Source: Amoebidium appalachense (Eukaryota > Protista > Ichthyosporea). From it: a stretch of 64,000 bases of DNA. The first letter of the stretch is position 1; the number at the start of each line of letters is the position of its first letter. The stretch is taken from positions 1,658,989-1,722,988 of the forward strand of contig CAVNZM010000011.1 in assembly GCA_963693365.1 (NCBI GenBank), in the 5' to 3' direction. The position numbers and the translations under genes are program-made. Below, one piece after another: positions 48,551-63,142 of this stretch. Under the pieces are notes generated by a model. It ran no database searches, was not told the DNA's origin, and saw only the letters and a program-made list of their open reading frames with translations.

Positions 48551-49161
48551 CCCCTCCCCCCCGTCTTTGCCCCTCCCCCTTTCCAGCGCCGCTTCAAGTT
48601 CTCCATTATGCTTTGGCACACACTGGACCAAAACAACTACATAATCACCTGATCAAAATAAGCCTATATTCACCTGATCAAAATAAATCTATATGTACCT
48701 GATTCAAATAAGTAGACATTCGCCTGATCAGATATGCATAGCAGGAAGTGGTAGACATGGAGCATGCACCAACAAGCTGCATGCCAGGTGCATAGACCAA
48801 GAGATGCTAGCATGAAGATCGCATGGCACAAACTGGACGCTCCACACAATGTGCGTACCCTCGACTTGTGCACACCTTCCCTTTTGTCGCAGGATACAAA
48901 TTTCCCCTAACCGCCTTCCCCTCTCCACCCCCTCTCAAAAAATCTATACACACAGATGTGGACGAGTGTTCATCGGGCACACACACGTGCTCAGCCATTC
49001 AGACCTGCCGCAACTCTGTGGGCAGTTTTGCCTGCGGCTGTATTGCTGGGTACACATTGTCCGGCACAACAGGCGTGGGTGGGTTTGAACACTGGTGTTT
49101 TTGTACGCTTAAAATTGCTCCATCATTGGGAGTCGGGGCTCGCGAGTATGTCTGAAGGGGA

Positions 49162-49323
<162 letters not shown>

Positions 49324-51084
49324 GAAGGGTTGGGAGTTGGGGGTTTGGGGAGGGGCGGGGGAGGATATTACAGGTCGGATGTGACCTGTATAGCTTGATG
49401 GTGGGAATTTTACAGTGTGTGAGAGAATGATACCTGATGAAAATTTGTGTATTGAACTGGTGCTCTCTAGTAGGTCGGGAGTTGAATGTGTGCTTGGGAC
49501 GGAGCGAAGGAAAGACTGTGGTGTAAAAGGAAGAACTGACATGTATTGGATATGAGGCACATGCGGGTCTGTCTGCAACACACCTCTATGTATGTGCTCA
49601 TACAACCCACCATACATAGGCACATCGTCACACCTTGCAATGTCAATATATCTGTTATTTACTTAGCAGGTAAACCCACCAATTCTTCCACACGCTAACC
49701 CCACACCTTCAGATGTTGACGAGTGCACGCAGCAGCAGGACACGAGCAGTGTGCAGGGCTTTTGTGTCAACACCCTCGGCAGCTACACCTGCGCCTGCAA
49801 GCCCGGCTTTGCCGCAAAGGCCGCAGACTGTGTCGGTATGTGACAACCCCCTCCCCTCCACCCCCTCCCCCCTCCCCCCTAACCCCCCACACAAACACAC
49901 ACGTCCTGTCTCCCCCCCCTCCCCCACCCCCGCCCCCCGCTTCCTCGCCTCAATCCCTCTCCCCCCCTCCCCACCACCACCACCTCTTCCCCGCCTTACC
50001 CCCCCCCCCCCTCCTCCCCCGGGGGACCTATTCAAAGCAAACCTCATACACTAGGCACCCATTTTTTTCCCATAGAGTCAAGCTATCTCCTTCCACTCAT
50101 GCCCAAGCAGACACAGCAGGTAACACACCGTTTTAAATTTAGCTTTAAAAACACCCAACGACAACCATTGCACTGAGGCTCACCCCGCATATGTGGATGG
50201 AAGCTGCTGATTTGAGTGGGTTCGTATGACAGAGTTTTTGTGTTGCCAAACACAGTTGATGGTTTGCCTCTAACTCTAGCCAAACACAGTTGGTGGTTTG
50301 CCTCTAACTCTAGCCTAGAAATAGGTTAAATAACTCACCGAATGTGTTAAATCTTAGCATACTCAACACACCTGTTTTGACCATTCCCCTCGCGTGCAGA
50401 TGTGGACGAATGTGCAACCAACAGGCACATGTGTGCGCAGCAATGCAGTAATACGATTGGCAGCTACACATGTGCATGTGGACCGGGATATACCGGGAAC
50501 GGGATAACCTGCACAGGTATGGCCCCCCTGTACTTTTTGGACAACGGCATGTATGCTTCTTGGTTCAGCTGATAGTGAAATCGTGCCAGATATTTGATTC
50601 GTAATTCATATTTCAAGAATTGAAGGGGGGAAATCCATTTTCATTGCTTAATAAGTAGAATTTTCATGGAGCACATTTATGCATGTGCTTTGCATATGTT
50701 GCGGGATGTTTTCTCTCTCTTTGCACCCCAAAAACCACACATCCCTTTCCTGCGCCTTGGATGTAGCATAGTTCATCTGGTGAACGATGCCCAGATTAGT
50801 ACATCTCAGATATGCCTCCTGATGGAGTACCAAATCCATTTCCCCTACGCTCACAGCGTGATACGATGGATGTTTTCGTGCCCTAATACTTGGCACACAG
50901 ATGTGAACGAGTGTGCCAGCCTTCCAGCCGCATGCCCTCCACAGGCCGAGTGCACGAACTCTGGCGGTTCATTCTCGTGCAAATGCAACCAGGGCTACAG
51001 AGCCATCACAAACGGCACACAATGCGAAAGTATTATCTCCCCCTCCCCCCTCCCCCCCCTCCCCCCCCCCCCCCCCCCCCCCCC

Positions 51085-51164
<80 letters not shown>

Positions 51165-52638
51165 CCAATGCAAGGCTATCCGATGATTTCTTAGAGCATT
51201 CGAATATAGTGCTATTATCAATTGCCGTCATGAATATATGTGATCTTGCCTCATGCTGGTGGTGGTGCATGTTGCAGTATACTCAATATTTTTGGGGGGT
51301 ATAGATATCAATATTGATTCTTGGCTGTCTCATACAGACTTCAATTCTTTCTCCGGCCGTTTTTCTTCTTTTCCTAGCCCCATTTCTCCTCCGTTCCCCA
51401 CTCAACCACCGCACGCACAGATGTTGATGAGTGTGCCACGGGGCCCCACACGTGCGCTGCTCTTGCCGTGTGCTCAGACACCGTTGGCAGCTTTGTGTGC
51501 CGCTGCCGACCGGGCTACCAGGGAGACGGCATCGACTGTACTGGTAGGTGGAGACACACAAGGTTTACATACAAAACTTTCCAGAGATACATAACTTGTT
51601 TAAGCAAAGAGGCATGCACACACACACAGTTGCAGGATAGCTAATGACGCAGACAATTTGTGTGTAATCAACACATCTTTGGCTTGTTTGCTCTTTGCAT
51701 TGCTTTCTGCAGGGTCAGGGGTAAACAAAGATGATACTTCCATTTCATCGGCCATTCCAGCAAAGTGCGGCTAAACACTTGCAGAAGTTGACAACTTATG
51801 ACATATATGATATGTACTGTCACGTTTTGATTCCCCAGTGTTTGTGTTTCATACATGTGTTGTTGTATACGGTATATATTAAGCATCCCCCCCCCCCCCC
51901 CCCCCCCCCAGACGTGGACGAGTGCAGCGGCAGCCAGGGGGCCTGCGGGCTGCTGATGGTCTGCACCGACACTGTCGGCAGCTTTGCCTGCGCCTGCCCA
52001 AAGGGCTTCTTCATGGACGGCTAGTCGTGCGCAGGTATTATGCAAACCCCGTTTTTTTTTAGGACTCAGGGTCTGTTGTGTGGCTTTGTGGCTGCATGTG
52101 TACTCCTGGAGATATGGATGCTTCCCTGCTGTCGGTGGATGCCTGTCACTCACATGCACACACACAACACACACTCTGACACACACGTACGTGCACAGGC
52201 ACACACGCGCTCACACTCAGTATGTTGGTAATTCGAATGGAATACAAGTGCAGGGAGGCCCGGATGGTTAACATTCCTAATGCTCATATTGACCAATCAA
52301 ATCACAGATATGCACGAATGTGTCAACGGTCTGCACAAATGCCATCCTCTGGCCAGCTGTGAAAATTCGGCCGAAAGTTACTCATGCGGCCCATGCAAGG
52401 CAGGATATACGGGGAACGGCACCTTTTGCAGTGGTATGTTGGCACACTGTTGCAATGACAATGCCAGGGCTACATGCAACATGGCGAGAGAGAGTGGGGC
52501 CTATTTATAGATTTGTGATCACCATGGGAACTCGGGGAATATCATACTCTCTCTTTCTCTCTCTCCCTCTGTCTGGCTCAATCCTTCCCCCCCCCCCCCC
52601 CCCCTGCCCCATACACACGCGCGCACATACGCACACAC

Positions 52639-52982
<344 letters not shown>

Positions 52983-53889
52983 TGTGGGTCTGTTGGAGAA
53001 AACGGTGAATATTTGTGGTGGTGGTGGTGGTGCCGGGTTCTTTTTTATCTAATACCGTACTTAATTGTTAGGTGTCTAATCCGTCCATGTCTAAACTGCA
53101 GACGTGGACGAGTGCAGCCTGAGGACGCACACGTGCGCCAGCGGGTTTGGGTGCACAAACACCCCCAGCAGCTTCTACTGTCAGTGCCCACTGGGCTACT
53201 ACAGCAACGACGCATCCTGTCTGGGTGGGTGCATGAACATCCACTTACCTTGGGGTAAAAAATAAAATAAAAAAATTATTAAACTCGTTGCAGCATGTCT
53301 TTTGGGAATGCAGTAGAGGCGTGAACGGGAGCGGGTTATGGTGTTCAGGATGTATCCGTGTACACGTGTGTGTCCCACATGCATGTGTACCTGCATGTCA
53401 GTCTGTGTTTGTACGTTCCACACGGACAGACGTGGTGGGATTGGGTGTCTGTGTGTGCTTGTCTGTGTCGAGGGTGTGGGGATGTGGAGGGTGGAGGAAA
53501 AAACAGAGCAAGACCCACCCTTCCAAACCTAACCTATTTCATCATTGAACTGTTGACTTAAATATGCTTCCCTGTAGCCGCCCATAACGACATAGACCAC
53601 ACCACCCAGATCAGAATCTAATCGTAATAAATTCACCCAATCACCATGCAGATCACGATGAATGCACTGAGTTGCGTCACAAATGCAGCATTGATTCCTC
53701 CTGTGTCGACACCCCTGGCAGCTACTCTTGCCGGTGCAACGATGGTTTTGTCGGCACCGGTTCCTATTGCTTCGGTTTCTTCCCCCCCCCCTCCCCCCCC
53801 CCCCCCCCCTCCCTGCCCGTCCGCCCATGGCCTACTCCTCCCCGTGCCCAGCCGCTATCTCCCTTCTTCGTCTGCAGACTCTTGACACC

Positions 53890-54139
<250 letters not shown>

Positions 54140-56011
54140 TAACCTTTTTTTCAGTCTGCTTTAGCCTGGTGTTTGCTTTAGCCCATGCCGTGCCCTGCCA
54201 CCATCCCGCTGTCGTCTGTAATCCCTTACCGCTTGGGGGTTTCTACCCTTTTGCGCACCTTTCCCACTTCCCCCCAGATCCTCCCGCTCACCCCCTCCAC
54301 TGCAATCCCAATGCATACATACCCACTTGCCCTCCCTCTTCCCATATCCTTAGTACTCGATAATGACACCCCTCCCGTCCCCTTACACCTTTCTGCCCCT
54401 TGCACTCCTGTTCCCCCCCCCCCCCCCCCCCCCCCCCCCGGCCCCCACCCCCACCCCCCACCACCACCACCTCCTCCTCCCCCCCCTTCCCCCCCTTCTT
54501 ACCACCCTCCCTATGTTTGACCCCACAGATCGTGACGAGTGTCGAGACACACCCACATGTGTGCCGTCACTTCTGCTTCGTGTCTGAACACACGGGGTAG
54601 CTACGTGTGTTCGTGCAGGCCAGGGTTTACAACAGCATCGGGAAGTGTGTGTGCAGGTGGTTGATGCCCCTCAGCATAATAGTTTTTCGGACTAGCTGAT
54701 TTTGTAGCGATGTATGTTTTCAACCTTAAAAGCGCGTTGCTGGTCGTGAAATATTTATGATAGCCTTATAATTTGTACTGTGTTCTTTCGTGGAAATAAT
54801 AGTCCTTCAGGCAGCGCTGCAGCTAAAAAACTTGGTCAGCACGGTGACAAAGATAACCTTTTATGGTAAGCCACTGCCAAAAAATGGTGCGTAAGAAATT
54901 GGCTATTTTGATTGGGTAACATCTGCCATCATGCTATATTCCTCTGGTTGCTTAGGATTGTTGGCCTGCTGGTGGCCCTTGTGTCACTGATAGACTGAAG
55001 CACTCACCGTTGGCTCTGAGGGCATAAACATAATCACATGCACACAAATACAAACGTGCACACGTGCGCTCAACCTCACAGGTGCACACACGCCAACGAA
55101 CATTGGACACACTCGTGCATGAACACCTCGCTCGCACACACTCACACTCACACTCGCTCAACTCACTCACTCTCACTCACTCACTCACTCACTTACTCTC
55201 TGACTCACCCCCCCCCCCCCCCCTCCCCACCCCCCTCCCCCCTTCCCCCTCTCCCCCCCCCCCCCCCACACACACACACACACACACGAACACACACCCA
55301 CACACACAGACATTGATGAATGCAGTGGACCCACCAACCCCTGTGGAAATAGCACCTGCTCAAATACTCTTGGGTCGTACATGTGCCAGTGCGCCCCAGG
55401 ATTCAATCGGATCCCATGTGCAGGTAACAGAACCACCCACTTCCTATCATCAAAGATGCTTTGTTTTTGATCTGTTTTTAGTAATTTCTATCCAGAAACG
55501 AAAAAGAACACAGAAGGACCAAATCTGAGCCCTCTGCTTGTTTGATGCAAAATGCAATAGAAAAGAAGCTGGAGAGACGCCCGGGGGACTGCCCTACATT
55601 TTGCCAAACCGGCTTTTGCATACACCAACACATGAATGACAACATCTTAATACACACACTCTCTTTTCTTCATCTTCCCCTCCTGCCCAAACACACAACC
55701 CCTCCCTACCCGACCCAAAGCACACGGACAACCCCAAATGCACACCCACAGGTTACTCACCCCCTCCACCCACCCCAGACATCAATGAGTGTGCACGCAC
55801 CCCCAGCCCGTGTGTGCCTCCCGCCACGTGCACCGACACAAATGGAAGCTTCCAGTGTGTGTGTCCTGCGGGCTCCTTTGGGAGTGGCACCATTGATAAA
55901 CCCTGTGGTAGCAGAACACCCCCCCCCCCCTCCCCCCCCCCCCCCGAGCTGACTATTCGTGGGGTTAGGTGTGTGTTTGGGAGGAAGGGGGGGGATGGTC
56001 CATGTCTCCTT

Positions 56012-56055
<44 letters not shown>

Positions 56056-56144
56056 ACATGCGCAAGGTGTTTGCGAGTGCACACGTGTGATTGTGGCAAT
56101 ATACTTGAGGTATTCTTGCCTTGCAGTGAATTTCAGTGTCCTTC

Positions 56145-56212
<68 letters not shown>

Positions 56213-56247
56213 ATGCGGTGCGTGCGTGTGTGTGTGTATGTGTGTAT

Positions 56248-56326
<79 letters not shown>

Positions 56327-57784
56327 GGGGTGTGTGTGTATGTATGTGTGTGTGTGTGTGTGTGTGTGCGGGTCTGTGTGTGTGTGTGTCTGTGTGTGTG
56401 TGTGCAGCTGTGTGTGTCTGTGTCTGTGTGTGTGCATCTTTGTGTATGGTGTTTATGAATTGGTGATGTAGGTATACGTGCACAGCCCCACCCCCCCCCC
56501 CCCCCCCCCCCCCTCCCCCCCGCTTTTCATGCTTTCATAAATGCTCCTCTTCTTGTGTGTGGGTTTGAAGTTGTTGATGTGTGTGTGGGGGGGAGGAGGG
56601 GGGGCGAAGGGGGCGTGGGGGGGATGTTTACCATTATCGTGCATATCTGATCGAGGGTTACGGGTCAGCCTCGTCAGGTTCGAGTGGCGTCACCGTTGTG
56701 GATATGTGTGCCTCGGTGCCCAGGCGCTGTCACGTGGATGCCACGTGCACAAACATTCCTGGGAACTTCCAGTGTGCATGTCCCCTGGGCTACACTGGTG
56801 ATGGGGTCACCAGCTGCACTGGTAACGCCCTTGGCTATAATGTTTTTTCGCTTAACTCATACCATATATATACATGGCGATATTCATATCTTACCATACA
56901 TACATGGGGCGCTCAGATCTTATTATTTACAAACGGAAATGTTCATATCCTACCATGCATACATATAAACGTCTCCCACCATACACCACACATACACATA
57001 ACCTTGGTTATGCCTACCATGCATACATAACGAGAGCATCTTCATACATACATACGTGATGCTTATTCCTTACCATGCATACACACATACACACATACAC
57101 ACACACACACATACATACAAACATACATGCATGCATTCATTCATACGCACATGCATGCATACATAATGAGTGCACTTTCTATAAAACACACATGATCGTG
57201 CCCATCCAATTATGCCACTTGCCAACCTCCCCCCCTCCCCCCCCTCCCCCCCCCCCTCCCCCCCCCCTCCCCCCCCCCCCCCCCCCCCAGACATCAACGA
57301 GTGCAGCAGTGCTTCTGCCTGCCCGGCGCTCACCGCGTGCACAAACAGTCCGGGCAGCTTCAGCTGCAGGTGCAGGCCGGGCTACTACGGCAATGCCACA
57401 AACTGTGCCGGTACGTGCACACGTTCAAACCGTCCTAGAACACACTCGTACATGCTCGTGCACAGGCACACGCACATGTACAAGTGGATACGCACGCCAA
57501 TAGCAACCACCCCACACAGCTTAGCCGCTCTTCAAGTGTGTGTGTATGTATGCTGATGCTCCCTTGCGTGTGGTGGTCTAATGTACACACTCGAAGTATG
57601 CAGACAATAATTTCGCACACGGACACACCATTAGGCACAGGCACACGTGAGCGCACGCGCGTGCCTCACTTGCTCGCTCACTTTCTCACGCGAGCGTGCG
57701 TACACATGCACGGGTACATGCGTACAATTACACTTGCAGCTACACTCATGCTCAACCATCCCTCCCTCCCCTCCCCCCCACACA

Positions 57785-57852
<68 letters not shown>

Positions 57853-58594
57853 CAGAGCTGGACGAGTGTGCCTTTAGGGCCCACAACTGTGCCCCCACTG
57901 CCACGTGCACGGACATTGTCGGCAGCTTCATGTGTAGATACAACTTTGGTTATTCGGGCAACGGTGTCAATTGTGCGGGTATGTGGACACATTATATCGC
58001 ATGCTCTACGTTAAATTACTTCCTTGTTTACATGTTATGCGCGCGGTCAATAGTGCACATAATTTATGTGGGACGCTGTGGTCGGCTTGAAAAGCAAACA
58101 GAATTTAGAGCACGTAGCATTTTTACTGAAGAAAGGAAGACCGAGAGAGACGGGAAGGAGAAGAAGGTGTTATGGAATCCATTGGACGTGCCACCTTTTC
58201 ACACTGCTTTTATCTGCCATGCCCACAACGCCTGTAGACACCCTTCCAATATCATTTCATGCACGTATAAAAGGTGGGACGGAAAAAGATGTATGCACAC
58301 TTACACGCCACATTCACACAGACATAGAGTGTACGTCTGGCACCCACAAGTGTGCAAAATGCCTCCACGTGCACAAACACACCCGGCAGCTACACGTGTG
58401 CCTGTCTGCCCGGATACAGGGGCACGGGCACGTGGTGTGACAGGTGTAGGTGTGGGCGTGGTGTAGGTGTGTGTGTGTTTGGGGGTGGGGGGGGGGGGGG
58501 GGGGGGAAGGGGGGGGAGAGAGGGGGGGGGGGGGGTTGTCATACCCGTGTGTGTGCCTGTGTATGGGTGTTTGCGCGCACGTTTGTGTGTTGGG

Positions 58595-58634
<40 letters not shown>

Positions 58635-58922
58635 GGGGGGCTGTTCCCCGTGCCTAGTAACTCCATTGACGTCTAGTTTGAGCGACTTAGAAGTGCATTG
58701 AGTTAGAGCCATCGTAAAACCTCCCTGGTTATTGTCATGGTTATGGGCACATCTTTGAATCATGAATATCCTGAACAATTACTGAGATATGTTGTGCATG
58801 CACGGGATATATTAGTTAGTTAGGATGTTCAGTGCAAAAATCATGATAACCGGGTAAATTCGAACCCATCCCTCAGACATATCGAGTGTACTCTGCGCAC
58901 CCACACATGCCCTGGAATATAC

Positions 58923-61241
58923 GTTTTGCAGTCCCTACGACAGTTGTTGCCTCTACAGGAAGCCTTATCGATCTGGAAATCCGCCGGTCGGTTTGGGCCT
59001 TCCGTGCAAGTCTATGCCCCGTCTCCTTCCATCTCCGTCGCTGAATCCGTCGATGACTATTATGCTTCCCTATTTTCGCTTCCTAATGTGTCCACGGTTC
59101 CATCACCGCCCGCTGGCCTCTCCCAGCCGCCGAGTTGGGAGCCGGACCGATCGTTCCCGGGCACTTTTCACAGTTATTTCAACTCTTCGGCTGTTTTTGG
59201 TGCTATACGGGCGTTAAAACCCCGCAAGGCGTGCGGGCCGGATGCTCTTCCTTCGGTGCTTTTCAAAGTTCTTTCTCCCGTGCTTCCGCCCCATAATCGT
59301 GCAGAGTCCCCCCCGCCCCCGCCTTTTGCTGTCCTTCTTAGTGAGTTTTTTTCGGCTTTTTTCGAACTCGGGTTTATTCCAAATTCGTGGCTTGACACAA
59401 TCGTTACGCCCGTTCGTAAGAAGGTATCGCAGGGGGTCATTAACGACTTTCGTCCCGTCACACTTACCAACGTTTTTCGTCGGCTCTTCGAGGGTTGCAT
59501 GCTTCGCGCGTTTACCACCGACAATTCTTTAAACGCTGTGTTCCGCCTTTCTTCCCTTCAAGGGGGCTTTCGTCATGCCTATTCGTGTTATACTCACAGT
59601 CTGTTACTCCATGAATCCATTACTTCTGGCTCTCCACACGTTGTCTTCATCGACCTTAAGAACGCCAATGGCACCGTACCCACTGGTTTGTTATGGCATA
59701 AGCTGGCTATGCGGGGCTTACCAGCCCCCTTTGGCCGTCTTCTGCAAGCGTTGTTCGATGCCACTCGTGGACGAGCGGCGGTCAATGGAACATTAACACC
59801 CGGGTTTTCCCGTTCTCGGGGTCTTCTGCAGGGGTCCCTCCTGAGTCCGTTGTTGTTTGACGTTTTCATTGACGATTTAGCCTGCGCCCTCGAACCCTTT
59901 GGCCAACTGCATACCCGCCGTGTACCGGGTCTCCTTTTTGCGGACGATTTGTTCTTTGTTCCTTAACCGAAGATGTCATGCACCAGATGCTTCGTCAGGT
60001 GGATCAATGGTGCACCGAGAATCTCATGACAGTCGGAATTGCCAAGTGTGCTACTTTTTCGAAAAACGCTTCCTTTCGATTGGCCGGTCTTCCTATTAAT
60101 TCCTGTTCAGAGCACCTATGACTATTTGGGTATTCCTTTTACTGCACGGGGTATTGATTTCCGCAAGCTCCTCACGGCACGGATCGCTCGTGCGAAGGGT
60201 AAGCTTCACATCGTGTCAAATATGTTTCAACGGGAGTCTGTGATCCATCCTGCGAACCTTCTTCTCTACTATAAAACTTTTTTACGGCCGACTTTCGAAT
60301 ATGGACTTCCGCTATTGGCCTGCGCCCCACCTCGCGAGGCGGCCGTGGCGCTGCAAGAGTTCGACGATTTTCAGGGTACTGCGCTGCGCACTTTGTTTCG
60401 TACTCGGTTTGTGCCTCCCTTAATCAGTATGTTTGGATTGTCGTCTGCTGTTTGTCGTATGGAGGAATTGTCTCTTCGTTTTTGTTTTCATTTAGTTAGG
60501 ATACCTGATGGTCACCCTCTTTATGCTTTCTTTCCCCCCCTCCCTCCATCCCTCTTCCCCCCCGATTCACCAACGCTATTTCTGAATGTCCTCAGCCTAC
60601 CCTCTTTCAACCTGATTCTTCCTCTCGCTATCTCACTCCCTCTTTCTTTTCTCTTCCTGTTTTTTCTGCCTTTTCGCGTTATTACCATACGCAGTATAAG
60701 TTTCTTTCTCGTTCTGATAGAGAAATCAAAGGTAAAACTCAGTCGGCATGTGTTATGTTCCTTAGGCAACACCGTACTGATCATTTTCGCTTTTTGGGAG
60801 CTTTGGCAGGATACATTTCTCCTGCTGTACGTATGGATACCACCCTAGTAGATACGTCTGTATGGTGCTCTGATGTTGATATTGCCTGGGAAGTTGTGCA
60901 GTGGCGCTGTAATTCTTGTTTTCATCGCCGCTGGTGCCACTTTTGTGCTGAACTTTTTAATCGTAAGCATGTTGATAGGTGTGAGTTTTTATGTCGCGTT
61001 TTACCTCTTTCCCTACGGGTGTCTGCTACACTAGCTGGCAATGTGAACACTTTAGACTTTTTGTTGAATTCTGTTGGTCGTCACATTGAGTATTTATATG
61101 ATTTTCACACAGTGTTCAGGTATCTCAGTATGCACTTGTTACTGGATAACTCGTGAAGTTTTTATTGTCTTCTCAGTATGCCGTGCATACTTGCATCTCT
61201 TTCCGTCGAATAAATCCAGTCAAAAGAAAAAAGAAAAAAAA
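58923..61241 (+). mobile_element. 5'-truncated, frameshifted non-LTR retrotransposon (LINE): reverse transcriptase, C-terminal CCHC finger and poly(A) tail
   Basis: RT motifs KACGPDAL, FRPVTLTNVFRRLFE, QGGFR, VVFIDLK, GLLQGSLLSPLLF, LLFADDL, YDYLGIPF and YKTFLRPTFEYG; CHFC-x7-H-x3-C near the C-terminus; AATAAA 61209-61214 and an A-rich tail; possible TSD AATATAC (58916-58922 and 61242-61248). Confidence 0.92.
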
Positions 61242-61247
61242 AATATA

Positions 61248-61456
61248 CTGACCATGTTAGATTTTCAATGCAATAGTTATCTGGTCATTTAAATGTATTC
61301 CATGCAATAGTCATCTGACCATGTTAGATACTCCCATGCAATAGTTATCTCGTTAATTATTCCATACAATAGCTATCTGGTTAGATATTCCATGCAGTAG
61401 TTATCTGGTTATTTATTCCATGCAATAGCTATCTGGTTAGATATTCCACTAGTTAT
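61248..61456. repeat. ~28-32-bp minisatellite (TTAGATATTCCATGCAATAGTTATCTGG), about 7 degenerate copies
   Basis: Directly visible immediately after the LINE tail. Confidence 0.85.
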
Positions 61457-62337
61457 ATAACCCCACGCACCCCAGACATACACGCACACGTGCACGGCCA
61501 CCCAAATCTGCACCGAGATGAATGGCAGCTTCAGCTGCGGCTGCAGCCCGGGCTACCAGGCCAGTGGAACAGGGTGTTCCGGTATTTCACCCTGTTTTTT
61601 GTTCTCCCATCTCTGCTCCAACCGATTGGGGTTTAGCCTACACACTTTTTATTGCGTGGACACTGCCGGAGGCCCAGCCACATTCGACGGCCTACTGCGT
61701 TTTCCAGCACAGCCAATCAAATGCAGCCAGTGACATATGTACATGCTAGGCAACAATGAGCGCCATCGTAGTATCTGACACCCCTATTACATATTATGGG
61801 TAAGCAGAGGCTAGCATCGGTAGCTCCGAAAGAAAGTTAAGGCACCGGATCACAATATCATACTGTGCAGCATTAATAAGGTGATCTAGGATAGTCATCT
61901 TAAAACGGATATATTGAGGAAGAGAGGAAGAAAAGAGAATAAAACCGCCAATAACCTCCGGTTCTAATACATTAGCTAACAGGTTGCATTTATTGATAGA
62001 TATTCCATACACAGTGTTACACACACACAAGAACACACACACGTACACAAATGTGTGTGTGTGCCGGCATGTGTGACAATATCATATGCCCACAGACACG
62101 TGCACGCACACGCATGTGCGCACGCGCGCGCGCGCGCACGCACACACACACACGCACATGCACACGCACACGGACACGGACACGGACACGGACACGCATA
62201 CACACACACACTCAAGGAAGGACTACCACCCTGTTTCTTTATTGGTGTGCCATTTCTCCCTATCCCCAACACTTCTAAGTGGGGGGCGATCGTATGTCCG
62301 TACCTGCGCTCCCGGGAATTTTAGACCCCGTTTCCAA

Positions 62338-62524
62338 ATGTGTGTAACAGTATGTAACTAGTAGCTACAGAAAATGGAACCTCGTTATACCAAAATACCC
62401 ATATTTAGCGTGAGTTTATTGATTTTACTCTATGTAGATCCACATGCAGTCCTATGTCTGTAACGGAATTTTAGGTGGCCTAAATGTCGAAACTGGAAAA
62501 TCGTAAATCCGCTGTTACACACAT
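62338..62524. mobile_element. Possible MITE with 13-bp perfect terminal inverted repeats
   Basis: ATGTGTGTAACAG (62338-62350) and CTGTTACACACAT (62512-62524) flank an AT-rich noncoding interior; no clear TSD. Confidence 0.4.
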
Positions 62525-62566
62525 ACGACTCACCCCAACACATATAAGTTTTGGGAGATCCATCAA

Positions 62567-63043
62567 CTGCGCACCATCGTCACCGCCCCCAGCAAGGTTC
62601 AGATGCGCCATAATACAACAAAAAAGAAAAAGAAAAGAGAAATGAAGAAATAAAGAAGGGAACTATAATAATAAAGCGTTAGAAAGAAAATACAGTTCAT
62701 ATCGTGAATTATATGCTGAACAAAAGGCTTGACCTGGATGTGCTGCCATGCTGGAATGGGGACAATTAAAGGGGGTTTCTTTTAGCATTTCGGGCCGGGT
62801 CGGGTCAGAGGGGAATCTAGCTATATGATTGGCGTGCTGCGCATCAGCTGCGCACCATCGTTTTGCCGGCAGCAGGGTACAGATGCGCTATAATACAACA
62901 AAAAAAGAAAAAGAAAAGGGAAAAAAAGGAAATACGGAAGGGAATAATAATAATAAAGCGTTAGAAAGAAGATTACAGTTCATATCATGTTATATGCTGA
63001 ACAAATATCTTGACCCGGAAGTTCTGGAATGGGGACAATTAAT
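62567..63043. repeat. Diverged direct duplication of ~200 bp (62567-62769 and 62848-63043)
   Basis: Both copies run CTGCGCACCATCGT...CAGATGCGC.ATAATACAACAAAA...GCGTTAGAAAGAA...TTATATGCTGAACAAA...TGGAATGGGGACAATTAA. Confidence 0.85.
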
Positions 63044-63064
63044 CGGCCGAAAAGAAACCCTGTG

Positions 63065-63142
63065 CGGCAACGTCACAGTGACGTTGTTAGCAACGCAGCC
63101 AATCAGATCCGGCCAGTAAATTAATTGGGTAACGTAACGTTC
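63065..63142. promoter_or_regulatory. Promoter-like motif cluster
   Basis: Palindrome CAACGTCAC-A-GTGACGTTG (63068-63086), RFX-like GTTGTTAGCAAC, CCAATCAG at 63099 and TTAATTGGGTAACG at 63121. No downstream gene was identified. Confidence 0.35.

Noticed and set aside
48318-48955. AT-starting intron as a U12 (AT-AC) intron
   Set aside because: The donor is ATGGGG rather than ATATCC and the acceptor is AG; it is most simply a mutated GT.
52022-52024. In-frame TAG in EGF exon 9 as stop-codon reassignment or readthrough
   Set aside because: TAG terminates two intact genes (9613-9615 and 22350-22352), no other gene has internal stops, and the same gene has frameshifts, so pseudogenisation explains it.
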